Translations under genes and position numbers: made by a program
From: Octopus sinensis
Lineage: Eukaryota
Assembly: GCF_006345805.1 (NCBI RefSeq)
Contig: NC_043014.1
Coordinates: forward strand, 44,082,001-44,146,000
Direction of reading: 5' to 3'
DNA length: 64,000 nt
In this document: positions 24,170-37,757 of the stretch, in pieces
How positions within the stretch are numbered: position 1 is the first letter of the stretch
Layout: each line of letters opens with the position of its first letter
The notes under the pieces: model-generated
Databases searched by the model: none
Seen by the model: the letters and a program-made list of their open reading frames with translations, nothing else
What the model was told of the DNA's origin: nothing

Positions 24170-24830
24170 GGCGGGGAGCTGGCAGAAATGTTAACACGCC
24201 GGGCAAAATGCTTAGCAGTATTTCGTCTGCCGTTACGTTCTGAGTTCAAATTCCGCCGAGGTCGACTTCGCCTTTCATCCTTTTGGGGTCAATAAATTAA
24301 GTACCTATTTTTTTATTACCCACAAGGGGCTAAAAACAGAGGGAACGAACAAGGACAGACAAACGGATTAAATCGATTATATCGACCCCAGTGCGTAACT
24401 GGTACTTAATTTATCGACCCCTGAAAGGATGAAAGGCAAAGTCGACCTCGGCGGAATTTGAACTCAGAACGTAACGGCGGACAAAATACGGCTACGCATT
24501 TCGCCCGGCGTGCTAACGATTCTGCCAGCTCACCACCTTAATTAAGTACCAGTTACGCACTGGGGTCGATGTAATCGACTTAATACCTACGTCTGTCCTT
24601 GTTTGTCCCCTCTATGTTTAGCCCCTTGTGGGTAATAAAGAAATAGGTATTTCGTCTGTCGTTACGTTCTGAGTTCAAATTCCACAGAGGTCGACTTTGC
24701 CTTTCATCCTTTCGGGGGTCGATAAATTAAGTACTAGTTACGCACTGGGGTCGATGTAATCGACTTAATCCGTTTGCCTGTCCTTGTTTGTCCCTTCTGT
24801 GTTTAGCCCCTTATGGGTAGTAAAGAAATA
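24170..24830 (+). mobile_element. SINE array with nested inverted copy (24306-24539)
   Basis: Inner TSD AATTAAGTACC; outer duplicated flank GGTATCGATGAG. Confidence 0.85.
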
Positions 24831-25685
24831 GGTATCGATGAGTCAACACCGTTGCTGGATTCATTCGTTCACACGGATGAATGCAGCGATGGCTATCAAA
24901 GTTTAGTTTGTCACGTTTCACTGAAAATGGCACGGTTCTTTGCTCCACATCTATTCGAGTGTTTGTTGCTGCAGCACCAGATGAGAAATTTAATTCCGAA
25001 AGCCAGACATTGTATAGTAGGATCAACAAACTAGAATTTTTCATTTTCCCCCATAACTTGAGGCGAAACAGAATTTTCTCAGGGTTATGAAATGACCTTC
25101 TTAGTTTCCAAGTATACATTTCTTTATTATAATTGGCTGTCAAATTGAACTAATAAACTATTTCAACCGCGACAAACTACTTGCAATCTATTCCTTAGAG
25201 TATTATAAGTTAATTACCACATTAAATTATAAATATTTCAAACTATAGCTCTACAGTTTTTCTATTTCAGATCTTTTCGGTTTGAACGACAGTTTTTAAA
25301 AATAATTTCCACGTAACTAAACAATTTTAAACTTCGTATACTGGTAGAATGTGTTTATAAAACATCTTTTTCTCTTGGCTTTATTGAGAAAATTCTATAG
25401 TTTGTAAGATATTTGTTGGGTTTTTTTCTTCAATTTCTTCAATTTCAACCGATCAATGACGTCTATTGAGGTGAAAACATTCTGTGCCGTATGACTATGT
25501 CCCTCGTTTAAGAAGCAGATTGGGTTTATTTACATTTGTGAAGAAAAAAAGATACCCTTCCCCCACCCCTAACCCTAACCGTAAAATAGATTGAAACGCA
25601 ATAGATCGATACTAAAGTCATAATTATGGGTGACAATTTCATATGACGCCGCGAGAAAAAACTGCCGTTCAAACCGAAAAGATCC

Positions 25686-26300
25686 GAATTGTAATCTTAT
25701 ACTCCAAGCCGTTTATTATGGCTGCCACCAACCAAGCGGAATCTACTTCGAGTGGGATATCTCCTACCCTAATTTTGGAAGTTCGCCTTCCAAGATAAAC
25801 ATGTAGGAGAACCACTTCCTCAGTTTTTAATGGCTCCGTTGAAGTTTGCTTTGCCTTTTCCTCGGTTTTAAAACGGACTTCTATTGCGGCACACTTCACT
25901 CATCTTGTGTTGAATGCCACGTAGTTACAAACTGAACGGAGGAACAGCTCCACCGCCTCTTTACTTGCGTTGTCCAGTTTTTACTTTGATCATATATGAT
26001 TTGTACATCACGGTGCACCGCAGTGCATTCTGCGCGGTTTCACTGGGAGGGGTAATCACTGTTTCGCTCCCCTCCCTTTTCATCATACCCTTGTATTTTT
26101 CGAGCTCTTAGCTTCTACAATTTAACTTTCTTGAAACACCGTCCGCTGCTGCAAAATTGCTATCTTTTCTTCCTTGCATAAAGTCTTCTGTTGGCATGCT
26201 AATTAAAACTTGTGCTGTCTTCTATAATATCTTCATTTGTGCCAGGTACACTTACAGTTCTTGGTTTTACTAGGTGATTTGTCTATTTTATTTTTTTTTT
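25686..26300 (-). mobile_element. Decayed ORF1 homologue (diverged relative of the ORF1-only elements), truncated by a MITE
   Basis: VRFKTEEKAK..VVLLHVYLGRRTSKIRVGDIPLEVDSAWLVAAIING aligns with VHFKSESAAR..VTLLPTYLNRRITRIRVEGVPPNVEAEWIVAAVISG; upstream limit approximate. Confidence 0.75.
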
Positions 26301-26474
26301 TTGAAAGCTACAAACCCGCCTCATTTGCACAAGGATGGGGGGAAAACGTTAAGAAAACTCTTGCCACAAGCAGAAAAATAGGTGTTTAAAAGAAAAAAAA
26401 AACTCAAAAATTCAACAACGTAATTAATCAACAGTGCAAATTCAATTAAACATAAATATTACAACTGTTATATA

Positions 26475-26587
26475 TTTAAGAGATTAGGAATTTTGTACAT
26501 TATTTACATTTGACGGATATTTGTCTTTATCTTGTTTGTTAACAACGTCTCGGCTGCTATAACCCTTCAGCCAAGGACGAAGAGGGG

Positions 26588-26618
<31 letters not shown>

Positions 26619-27450
26619 ATCCCTCAAACCGTTGCTATCTATAAAATAGACAAAGCTATGTTGGCGAACCGATTAAAAAACAAGGGATTTCTGAGGAAAG
26701 ACTTTTCCCCACTAATGTCTTGGGGAAATTTGGAACCTAGGTTCTCATTCCTAAAGTATTTTTCGATGTTATTATTCAGGTCACTACCTGGAATCGAACT
26801 CGGAATCTTGGGGTTAGTAGCTCGCGCTCTTAACCACTACACCATATGCCCGTAGTGGTTAAGAGCGCGGGCTACTATGATGCGAAGTTCGATTCCAGGC
26901 TGTGACCTGAATAACATCGAAAAATACTTTAAAAATGAGAACTCGGGTTCGAAATTTTCAAGACACCTGATGAAGGCTGGAGGGGGATCTTTTCGGTTTG
27001 AACGGCAGTTTTTTCTAGCGGTGTCATAAGAAATTGCCACCCATAATTATGACCCTAGTATCGATCTATTGCATTTCAATCTGTTTTAGGGTTGGTAGGA
27101 AGGGTATCTTTTTTTCTTCACAAATGTAAATAAACCCAATCTGTTTATTGAACGAGGGACATATTCATACGGCACAATGTTTTTTATCTCAATGGACGTC
27201 ATTGATTGGTTGAAATTGCAGAAAAAACAACAATAATTATCTTACAAACTATAGAATTTTCTCAATAAAGCCAAGAGAAAAAGATGTTTTATAAACACAT
27301 TCTACCAGTATACGAAGTTTAAAATTTTTTAGTTACCTAGAAATTGTTAAAAACTGCCGTTCAAACCGAAAAGATTCCTGGAGGGTATATCAGCCGAAAC
27401 GTTGTGTTAACGAACAAGATGAGGACAAATATCCGTCAAATGTAAATATT
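26475..27450. mobile_element. Inverted pair of tRNA/Penelope-like SINEs; the plus copy's hammerhead is split by a MITE
   Basis: Head-to-head tRNA-like heads near 26840; GACACCTGATGAAGGCTGGAGGG [MITE] TATATCAGCCGAAACGTTGTGTT. Confidence 0.75.
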
Positions 27451-27918
27451 ACAACTTACGCCAAACCTTTCGAACAACGCAAAAACGAGAATGACGATCA
27501 AGTCGGCGAGATGATTGTAAACGATGGACGAAGCCCAACGATAGATCAAATTACCAGACATGAAAATATGTACTGTGGTTGATTTATCCAACTAAATGCT
27601 TCAATGCGATTATTTTTAAAGATCATCCCGGAGCGAGGCCGGGGTGACCGTTTCGCCTTTTCACTTTATTCATTTTCATGTGTTGATTGTCCCCCATATA
27701 TGTGTTTCTGCCCTGTATGTCGGCCCCTTGTGGGCAATAAAAAAGTTACGCACTGGGGGGGGGGGGAGGGTCGATGTAATCGATTTAATCCCTTTCTTCC
27801 TTGTTTGTCCCCTCTGTGTACGTCTTGTGTGTCTGCCTGTTCTTTCAGACCCTAGACGAGATTGCGAATCCTCTGTACCCCAAGATGCCCCAGAATGGCC
27901 GCACTCCAATTAAGCAAG

Positions 27919-27957
<39 letters not shown>

Positions 27958-28226
27958 TCCGACTATTGTATAACATTCCGACACCAATTTACGTCTGAGC
28001 TTTGATCCCCAAAGATTTTTAACTTATTGCAGGGGGTTTTCTTAGTTATGAACTGTTGCGGCTTTGAAACCATTAGAGTTAGCGCGAATTGAGCTGTTTC
28101 TTCTATGTCATGCTGTTAATGTCGGGATTACAGTGGTTTCCAAAATTAAACATTCCAAAGCCTAGGTTTCTTTATTTTGTAAATCTATCGGGGGCTATCT
28201 GTACAATCATTTCGAGGCCTTAAAAG

Positions 28227-28262
<36 letters not shown>

Positions 28263-28803
28263 CGAAGAAAAAATATTTTCTCAGCGGTTTGGTCATATTT
28301 TATACCTGATGCATTGTCAGGTGAAACTTTCGACAGATTAAAAAAATATTTTTTTAATGTTACAACAAACTAACGAGAACATTTCAAGTATTCTTTATTC
28401 AAATAGTTACAAAATTTTCAGTTAAATTTCTAGTGTAAAATTGCAATAGATTTAAGAAATTACAAATTTAGAAAAAGAAAAATCAAAAAAATCTGAAGGT
28501 TTTACATGTAATAGGGTAGCCAGGGTATTTCAAATATTTTAGTTTATTCAACTATAACGGTTCAAATCTTTGCAATTTCGAGAGAGGATTAAGTTGTTAA
28601 CAACCCATTCAACTCTTATTGATCGACCTCGATTGATCGACCCCGAAAGAGGAAAGGCAAAGCAGAACTTAGCGGAATTTCAACTCGGAACGTAAAGATG
28701 GACGAAACGGCGCTAAAGCATTTTGCCCCGCAGGTTAACGAGTCTGCCAGGTGGCAGAAAATAAGACCCGAATAATTGACTCTAAAGAGTTGAAGTTAGT
28801 TTG

Positions 28804-29177
28804 CAGATTTTGAAACTTGTAAATATTCGACATCAACGTCGGAACACATAAATACAAAAAGTGTTATATTGCAAACTGAAGTCAAAAAATAGCGGACAAC
28901 AGTTTAAATAAATCACACAGAATACAGTGGACGAGAGGGCGAGTTGAGAAAAACTGACCATCGTTTGAAAAAACGAGAAAATGATAGAGAAAAAAAATCA
29001 AGTTCTAATTGTTGGTTTTGATATTTAAGGTGGTGTTGATACCGAGATGCTCTTTGATGGAGGACATTTATGTACAGCGACGGTTTTTAACAGCAAATTA
29101 TTCGATGTTCGTAGTAAATTGCATGTACTTAGATTACTTTTGAAGCTACAGGTTTCTGTTCCAGCAAAATCATCCAT
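28804..29177 (-). pseudogene. 4TM family copy 4, decayed pseudogene
   Basis: Fragments MDDFAGTE..SNLSTCNLLRTSNN, LVHCILCDLFKLLSAIF and LCVPTLMSNIYKFQNL, with stops and deletions. Confidence 0.75.
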
Positions 29178-30094
29178 ATTTCTGAGGAATTCACTTCTGC
29201 CGATATAAAGCCAACTGACATAAAAAAAAAAAAAAAAAAATTTCCTCCACCAAAAGCACCTTCAAGTAGTTGTCTTTTTTCTCAACTGCGTTACCTAAGA
29301 AACAATGGAAAATAAAAGAAAATTTACTGGTTTTCAATTGATAAACGGTTTAAAGAAAGGACTCGTGTTTTAGTCATTTACCATTATTACATACCTATCA
29401 TTTTATGACGTGGTATTAATACTTAAAGTTATTCTTTAGCTTGTAATAACATTGGAAATTTAAGAAAATTATGTCCTATTAGTAATCCTTGGAAAATAGA
29501 AATGGACGTTAAGTGTCATAAGGAGTCAGTATTAGGATCTTTTCGGTTTGAACGGTAGTTTTTCTAGCGGTGTCATATGAAATTGTCACCCATAATTATG
29601 ACCCTAGTATCGATCTATTGCATTTCTATCTGTTTTAGGGTTAGGGGGAAGGGTATCTTTTTCTTCACAAATGTAAATAAACTCAATCTGTTTCTTAAAC
29701 GAGGGGCATATTCATACGGCACAAAATGCTTTTTTTTTTTTTTTACCTCAATAGACGTATTTGATTGGTTGAAATTGCAGAAATTGAAGAAAAAGACAAC
29801 AAATATCTTACAAACTATAGAATTTTCTCAAGAAAGCCAAGAGAAAAAGATGTTTTATAAACACATTCTACCAGTATACGAAGTTTAAAATTTTTTAATT
29901 ACCTAGAAATGTTAAAAACTACCGTTCAAACCGAAAAAATCCGATTTTAGTAGATTCATTGTGTAAATTGGTCTTGTAGAATGCATTTTAGTATTCCGTC
30001 CTACATGTACATACACCATATAAAATGTTAGACGTTTCCTGAGAGTAGAATTCACTAAATAGATATTAAAACAGATATTAGAGTTAAATAGATG

Positions 30095-30928
30095 TTAAAA
30101 CAGAATTTTCTCCGACAGTATACTCACTTTTTTTGGCAGTGTCTGGGTAAATTTATCTGCAAAATAGGACATCAACCATGGTATATACAGCAGAAATAAA
30201 AGCATGGTAGAACTGATAAGAACAGCGACAGGTACCCATTCCCTATGTAGATGGTACATAACGCCAGCAGATACCACATTAAGAAAGGAACAAAAGAGAC
30301 AGATTAAGAACATGCGGTCTGAGAAACTTGCTCTTTTGTTTGCAAGATGAAAGATAACACAGAAGTTTATCAACGAGTTGATGGCTATAACCGTGTCTAG
30401 AATAATATTCCAAGAGTTTGGCATAGTTGAAAAATTGCGGATTCTTTCCGCTAGATCTATACAGCTGCAGAATAAGGTAATAAATGATAGCAACATGTAG
30501 GCTACCGTATGGAGCAATTGTATACTATGATCAGTAGTGTTCAGCTGGGTTTGCTGTTGAGCGCTGGATTCAGGTTTCGGAGATGGTTCTAACGCGGTCA
30601 TTCCTATAGTTTCTCCCTCGCTGCTGATATAAGAAACAAGTGACAGACGACGTGTTGGCCCCGAAACACCCGTGGTTTGTGACAAACTGCTTGTACTTTC
30701 ATCTGCTTTCTCATCACCACCACCAGGATTGGCTTCCTTATTTACATCAGAAAAAAGTGATGGACGACGTGTTGGCTCTGAAACATTCGTTGGCTTTGAA
30801 ACATCCGTTGGCTTTGAAACATCCGTTGGCTTTGAAACATCCGTGGTTTGCGGCAAATTGATTGTATGTTCATCTGTTTTATTATCACCATTTGGACCGC
30901 CTTCGTTACTTCTTTGATATTCTGCCAT
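30095..30928 (-). CDS. 4TM family copy 5 (277 aa)
   Basis: ATG at 30928 (MAEYQRS); PTDVSK repeats and a duplicated PTRR block; four TM segments with FCVIF and LHREW. Confidence 0.82.
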   Translation of the reverse strand: MAEYQRSNEGGPNGDNKTDEHTINLPQTTDVSKPTDVSKPTDVSKPTNVSEPTRRPSLFSDVNKEANPGGGDEKADESTSSLSQTTGVSGPTRRLSLVSYISSEGETIGMTALEPSPKPESSAQQQTQLNTTDHSIQLLHTVAYMLLSFITLFCSCIDLAERIRNFSTMPNSWNIILDTVIAINSLINFCVIFHLANKRASFSDRMFLICLFCSFLNVVSAGVMYHLHREWVPVAVLISSTMLLFLLYIPWLMSYFADKFTQTLPKKVSILSEKILF

Positions 30929-33758
30929 TCCTTCTCTAGACGTAACCTTCTCTTGCTGACACAATGAAAAATAATGTTTTCCCCCTCTGATATTTATAAC
31001 CAATTCACCATGTTTGGTTGTCTTAGGAAACAATAGAAATTATTAAAATACCTTGAGTTGAGTTTTTAAAAATCACTGAAATAAACTATTCCATCGTTTC
31101 AACTTCAGGGTTTTTTTTTACTCCAAGTCAATCACATTTTGCAGATCATTCTAATCCACGCGGTTTCAATTCTCGAGTTGACATTATCAAATTTAATTTG
31201 TGCTGCAAAATATTATTGGAAATATATGAACACTACTTGTCGCTCATATTCACATTGTTTATCACCAGTGGTATTCCATTTCACTGTTCAACTCGCCTTT
31301 TGTTTGGTATTTTGATTCATAATTCTCAATTAACAAAAAAAATAAACTGATGTCGATGTAATTGAATAACAACTTCTGCCTCTAAAACTGCTTGTCTTGT
31401 GTTAAAATTGGAAACAAGTAAGGACGGTGGATTTACAGAACTGCTATAATGTCGAGCAAATGCCGTGCTATATTTGTCTAGCTCTTTACGATCTGTGTTC
31501 GAATCCCAGTCAGGCCCATTTTGCCTTTCGTCTTTTGAATGTCGATGAAATAAAGTACCATTCAAGTACTGGGGCCGATTTAATGGACTTAACCTATTTC
31601 TTTACTACCCACAAGGGGCTAATCACAGAGAGGACAAACAAGGACAGACAAACGGATTAAGTTGATTATATCGACCCCAGTGTGTAACTGGTACTTAATT
31701 TATCGACCCCGAAAGGATGAAAGGCAAAGTCGACCTCGGCGGAATTTGAACTCAGAACGTAACGGCAGACGAAATACCGCAAAGCATTTCGCCCGGCGTG
31801 CTAACGATTCTGCCAGCTCGTCGCCTTTAATGGACTTAACCCTTCCCCTCAAATTGCTACACTTGGGCCTAAATTAGAAGCGATTCGCACTTTTTCCATA
31901 AGCAGAATCGGCAGAGAGTCGGACAAAATAGTTTTCAGGATTTCTTTAGGCTCTTTATGTTCTGAACTCAAATCCTGCCAAGTTCAACTGTACTTTTTTC
32001 CTTTGGGAGTTGAGAAAAAGTACCAATCAATCACAGGGTTCGATAGTATCAATTACAGTCCAGCCACTTGATCGTCGTCGATGACTAAAGCAGTCGCGAA
32101 AACGCCGTTGCTCTTCCCAAACAAGAGTCTTCAACAGAACACCAATGTAGAAGCTCCAACGATCGCATTTCTTTATTTCATTTAATTTGCCACAAGGGCA
32201 TCACACAGATGGAAGCTTTGCGGGCTGGACACGGACATTAATGGGATGAATGATAATGATGCAAAAATGATGATGATGGGAGAAGACGAAAAACGCCCGC
32301 CGACTTTCGCTTCTCTAAAACAATGTTCTTTTTTTCCTTTTCCCCCCAAAACACAATGAGGCAATAAACCTCTTACTTAAACAACACAATGTTCAGAATT
32401 CTTTTTTCTTTTTTAAAACACAATGAGGCTGTAAACCTCGTACATTACACAAAAAGTCACATATTTCACATTTTGTAGACTCGTTCAGGTTATCCGGCCG
32501 ACCATTATCCTTGCTTCATTGAAGCATGTACTCGGTTCCAGGCCGGACCACACAGACATAAATCTGTAGGAGTCCTCCGGGAAGGAATTCATGATCCTGC
32601 ACAGATCATTATCTCATAGGACCTCCGCAGCCACCTGCGAAGGCCACTCAGGGTCCTCCGTGCCAACGATCGCATTTCTTAACAAGTGAGTGCCTGTCTA
32701 CAATGCAGTTGCTATACACCTAGTGTCATTCTTCCTTTGACCAAGATCTGCAGATTAATCAAGGATATAAGCTGTAGAAAAAAAAGTACCCCACACAAGA
32801 TGCTCATATCTGCACACTGCTCATGAATCAGTGTAGATGACTGCCTCAGTGCAAGTATGGACATTACTAGTCACAACAATCCGAGCTCTCCAACCAGAGG
32901 ATAGTGAGAGCTGGTGGACTGCCAGACAAGCGACTGCCAAGAAGCTCCAAATGTGTCAAACGAGAAACAAAGCAGATCACGGCGGTCAAGCGATAATGTA
33001 TAACGGAGGTGACATATGTCTGCAACATCTACCCCACCTTTCAAAAATAGCTCCCACTCGGTGCATTTCTGGGTGAGATTGGCTCTGCTTCCCTCCGTCC
33101 AACGCCCCACAGCACTATCTGACGGCATGGACTTACTTAAACAGGTGCCGAACTGTAAACCCACCAACTTGTTCCTGTTAAGTTTTGACTCTGTGCAGAT
33201 CTTGTGTTCCACTTCGATTTTCATGGTATCAAACTCCAGGAAGATGACAGTCTGCATATATCGAGTCGGCGCTTTCGATTCCCCGTTTGAACGAGGTGCC
33301 CTCCAACAGCTCCAATTTCTGCATTAGTGGTTCGAGAGAGTCATTTCGTATAGAAAAAAAACGAGAGAAGACATCCTTGACGAACCAAACGCTTGATTTT
33401 AAACGGTTCCGATAGGTTTAATTTGAGTAAATGCCGTTGAAGAGAGGACGGTAACAGTCTTCCTAGAGCCGCTAAGAATCAATGGTGTAAGCTATCAAAA
33501 TTGATCCAAGTTTATTTGCTTTACACAAATCCAGGTTTACTACTAACCATCTTACAGTGTATCGCATAAAAACGAGGATCGGTTATCTTGGATAGACGGG
33601 GTCGGTATCGTGCACATTTGCACTTTCCCGAATGCGCTACTGACAAGTATCAACATTTTCACTCGCATCTTGGTTAAAAATCTTAAACTCTGTTTTATCG
33701 GAAACGGCATGTGGAACTGAGAACTCGCCCGTTTTGCCGCTAATTGCGGTAGACGTCT

Positions 33759-34537
33759 TATTTCTTTACTGCCCACAAGGGGCAATACACAGAGGAGACA
33801 AACAAGAACAGACAAAGGGATTAAGTCGATTACATCGACCCCAGTGCATAACTGGTACTTATTTATCGACCCCGAAAGGATGAAGAGCAAAGTCGACCAC
33901 GGCAGAATTTGAACTCAGAATGTAGCGGCAGACGAAATACCTATTTCTTTACTACCCACAAGGGGCAACACACAGAGAGGACAAACAAGGACAGACAAAC
34001 GGATTAAGTCGATTACATCGACCCCAGTGCATAAATGGTACTTATTTATCGACCCCGAAAGGATGAAGAGCAAAGTCGACCACGGCAGAATTTGAACTCA
34101 GAATGTAGCGGCAGACGAAATACCTGTTTCTTTACTACCCACAAGGGGCAACACACAGAGAGGACAAAGAAGGACAGACAAAGGGATTAAGTCGATTACA
34201 TCGACCCCAGTGCATAACTAGTACTTATTTACCGACCCCGAAAGGATGAAGAGCAAAGTCGACCTCGGCAGAATTGGAACTCAGAATGTAGCGGCAGACG
34301 AAATACCTATTTCTTTACTACCCACAGGGGGCAACACACAGAGAGGACAAAGAAGGACAGACAAAGGGATTAAGTCTATTACATCGACTCCAGTGCATAA
34401 CTGGTACTTATTTATCGACCCGAAAGGATGAAAGGCAAAATCAACCTCGACGGAATTTTAACTCAGAACGTAGCGGCAGATGAAATACTGCTAAGCATTT
34501 CGTCCGGCATGCTAACGTTTCTGCCAGCTCGCCGCCT
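33759..34537 (-). mobile_element. Four-unit head-to-tail SINE array with one head
   Basis: ~180-bp units joined at AAAGAAAYA|GGTATTTCG; single outer TSD TAATTGCG..GACGTCT (33741-33758 / 34538-34555). Confidence 0.9.
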
Positions 34538-35299
34538 TAATTGCGATTGACGTCTGGCAAGACTCTGGCAAACAGTACAGGTATACATGCGCAAAGCTCG
34601 TAGACCAGGTTTTTTCTAAGCAGGTGATCTGCGCATTGTACAATCAGTAACCACATCCCGCATTACATTTCGCATCCATCTTCCGCCGTGAGTCATGCCA
34701 AGCCGTGGAGATTGGCTGTAAAGTCCACCATTGTCTCCTGTCAAGCCGCCCGTCCGCTGAGCAGAAAAAAAAATGTTTGACAAGACAAGCAGACCTGCTC
34801 ATAGTTATGGAACTGCGGTTCAAGTCAACCTCAGCATAGTTGCAATGGCCCAGTGGTTAGGGCATCGGACTCGCGGTCGTAAGAACGCGATTTCGATTCC
34901 CAGACTGGACATTGCGAGTGTTTATTAAGCAAAAACACCTAAGCTCCACGAGGCTCCGGAGTGGGTGGGGTGAACCCCGCTGTACTCTTTCACCACAACT
35001 TTCTCTCAATCTTTCTTCCTACTTCTGCCACAAAGCAGAGGAACCGTGGTGTAACCCACTGTGGTGTGGTAAACTTTCAGACCCTAGACTAGATTGCGAA
35101 TCCTCTGTTCCCCAAGATGGTTCAGTTCTTCACCTGTTAAAAGCCACCGTTTACGGAATGAGGATAACAACGTAGCCTTCGCGCCCGTGCAACCGCCAGT
35201 CTATCGCGTGTGGTGGGTGGATCTTCAAATTGCCACACGCATTCTTAGGAGCTTAGAGTAGGCTCGAATTAGAGATTATTCTTTGTGGCTAATGGCGTG

Positions 35300-36190
35300 A
35301 GTCCTGATTGGGAGAAGAAGAAGACATCAACCATTTTACAGCATGTACCGGGTGCTTTTTTTATGCCAGCGGTGGGTGTTCTACACGTTTTTTATATAGT
35401 GGGTTGGTAGAGTCTGAATGTAACGATGGCCTGGGGGCGACTCTAGGTCTCAGGTATATTCAACTCGACAGCCTGTTCCACCGTACATTCGGGTTGAGAA
35501 CGTTGGACAATTTCCAAAAGTCCTTGACTTGGCAAAGTCCTTGCTCGTTTGGGATAAACTCGCAAGACATGGAAAGTCTCACTCTCCGACCTGTCTAAGA
35601 TGCTGGGGGGATAGGAAAACCATCCCTCACGCTATTGTCCAGTGCCCGGAGATATCTGAAATGTGGGTTTATGCTGAACACCTGTTGTCCGGCGAAGGAA
35701 GAGTTCAGCTATCGACTGGGTCAATTGACCCACCGGAATTTTTAACAAATGAAAGTAAGAACTGTTTTCTCACGGTTGTAGCAATAGCGAATGAGGCAGT
35801 ATGGATGACTAGGATAAAAGAGATTAAGACGGATAACATTATCTCCGGTCACGAGTTAAGATCGTTCTTCACTTTTCACTTGAAAATGAATGTGAGGCTG
35901 GAGAAGAGATGCCTGTCGGAGAATGTGTTAAAAAAAAGATGGAAGCATGTTGCACGAGTGCTGTGCGTGGAAGGAACCATATGAATAAGACGAAAAAAAA
36001 AGAACAAAAGAATAAAAAGGTACCAGCGATAGATCGGGGCTTGTGGGGTCGGAGCATGGCCTGATCATCGCTTCATTTGTATTGTTAATTTCATTCGATT
36101 TTTTATATTGTATTTAAATTTTTAAAGTCACATTATATGTAAAATCATATCGCTTTACTGATCCCATCAGTTGTTCTGTCCATTTCTATG
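35300..36190 (+). mobile_element. Tx1/L1-like LINE ORF2 3' fragment
   Basis: CLRC....ETIxH...CP-type zinc motif (CLRCWGDRKTIPHAIVQCP), then A..AVW..R; frameshifted upstream. Confidence 0.8.
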
Positions 36191-37513
36191 TTAGCACGCC
36201 GGGTGAAATTTCGTCTGCCGCTACGTTCTGAGTTCAAATTCCGCCGAGGTCGACTTTGCCTTTCATCCTTTCGGGGTCGATTAAATAAGTACCAGTTAAG
36301 CACTGGGGTCGATATAATGGACTAAATCCGTTTGTCTGTCCTTGTTTGTTTCCTCTATGTTTAGCCCCTTGTGGGTAGTAAAGAAATTGGTATTTCGTCC
36401 GTCGCTACGTTCTGAGTTCAAATTCCGCTGAGGTAGGTTTTGCTTTTCATCCTTTAGAGAGGGTCGATGAATTAAGTACCTGTGACACACTGGGGTAGAT
36501 GTAATCGACTAGCCACCCCCCCTCAAATCTGAGACCTTGTGCCTCCAGTAGAGAGGATTATTACTAAGTCAGTCAGTTGGTAGAATCGTTAGCAAGCCGG
36601 CTTTAGGTTCTAACGTAAAATTTACGTTCCGGCTTTACCTTCTGAGTTCTAATTCCACCGAGGTCGACTTTACCTTTGATCCTTTCATGGTCATGTAAAC
36701 TGATATTACGAGGAAATTTTTAGGATCTTTTCGGTTTGAACGGCAGTTTTTTCTAGCGGTGTCCTATGAAATTGTCACCCATAATTATGACCCTAGAATC
36801 GATCTATTGCATTTCAATCTGTTTTAGGGTTAGGGTTAGGGGTGGGGGACGGGGACGGGTATCTTTTTTTCTTCACAAATGTAAATAAACCCAATCTGTT
36901 TCTTAAACGAGGGACATATTCATACAGTACAGGATGTTTTTTTTACCTCAATGGACGTCAGTGATTGGTTGAAATTGCAGAAATTGAAGAAAAAACAACA
37001 ACAAGTATCTTACAAACTATAGAATTTTCTCAATAAAGCCAAGAGAAAAATATGTTTTATAAACACATTCTACCAGTATACAAAGTTTACATTTTTTTAG
37101 TTACCTAGAAATTATGTTAAAAACTGCCGTTCAAACCGAAAAGATCCTGGTTATGAAATTACAAATTTGTATAAAAACTTCAGTGCTTAGGGTTTAACCC
37201 AGGTTCAGATTAAGGACCCACCGAGACCCTAAGCACTGAAAAGATTTTGATGCCCCCATAAAAGATTATGCAATTCAAAATATAAACAAACCATAAAATA
37301 AATTTTTATTTTTCTAAACGAAATAAAACAGTAAGAGGGAAAATGTTTATTTTTGTATACTTCCACTTTATTTATATTTGAAAAGTTTCCTCCTACTTTT
37401 TTGAATTGCTGAGTCTTTGATCAGATCCTCAAAATTAATCTTAGGTAACACACCTGCATCTATACTTAGTAGAGGTAAAGGAATCTCGAATATTATTTTA
37501 GTAAGTTTAAAGT

Positions 37514-37757
37514 GGGAGGCGCGTGGCTTAGTGGTTAGGGTGTTGGACTCATGATCGTAAGGTTGTGGTTTCGATTCCTGGACCGGGTGATGCGTTGTGT
37601 TCTTGAGCAAAACACTTCATTTCACGTTGCTCCAGTCCACTCAGCTGGCAAAAATGAGTAATCCTGAAACGGATCGGCGTACCGTGCAAGTGGGGAATTT
37701 CTAGGCCACTGAAACCGGGAAACCGGCCCTTATGAGTCTGGTTTGGCTCGAGAAGGA
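37514..37757 (+). mobile_element. tRNA-derived SINE (second OR-like family)
   Basis: GGAGGCGCGTGGCTTAGTGGTTAGG..GGTTTCGATTCC..TTCTTGAGCAAAACACTTC; related pieces at ~8455-8610(+) and 19085-19210(-). Confidence 0.8.

Noticed and set aside
32700-33330. Possible decayed retroelement ORF
   Set aside because: No diagnostic motif could be read with confidence
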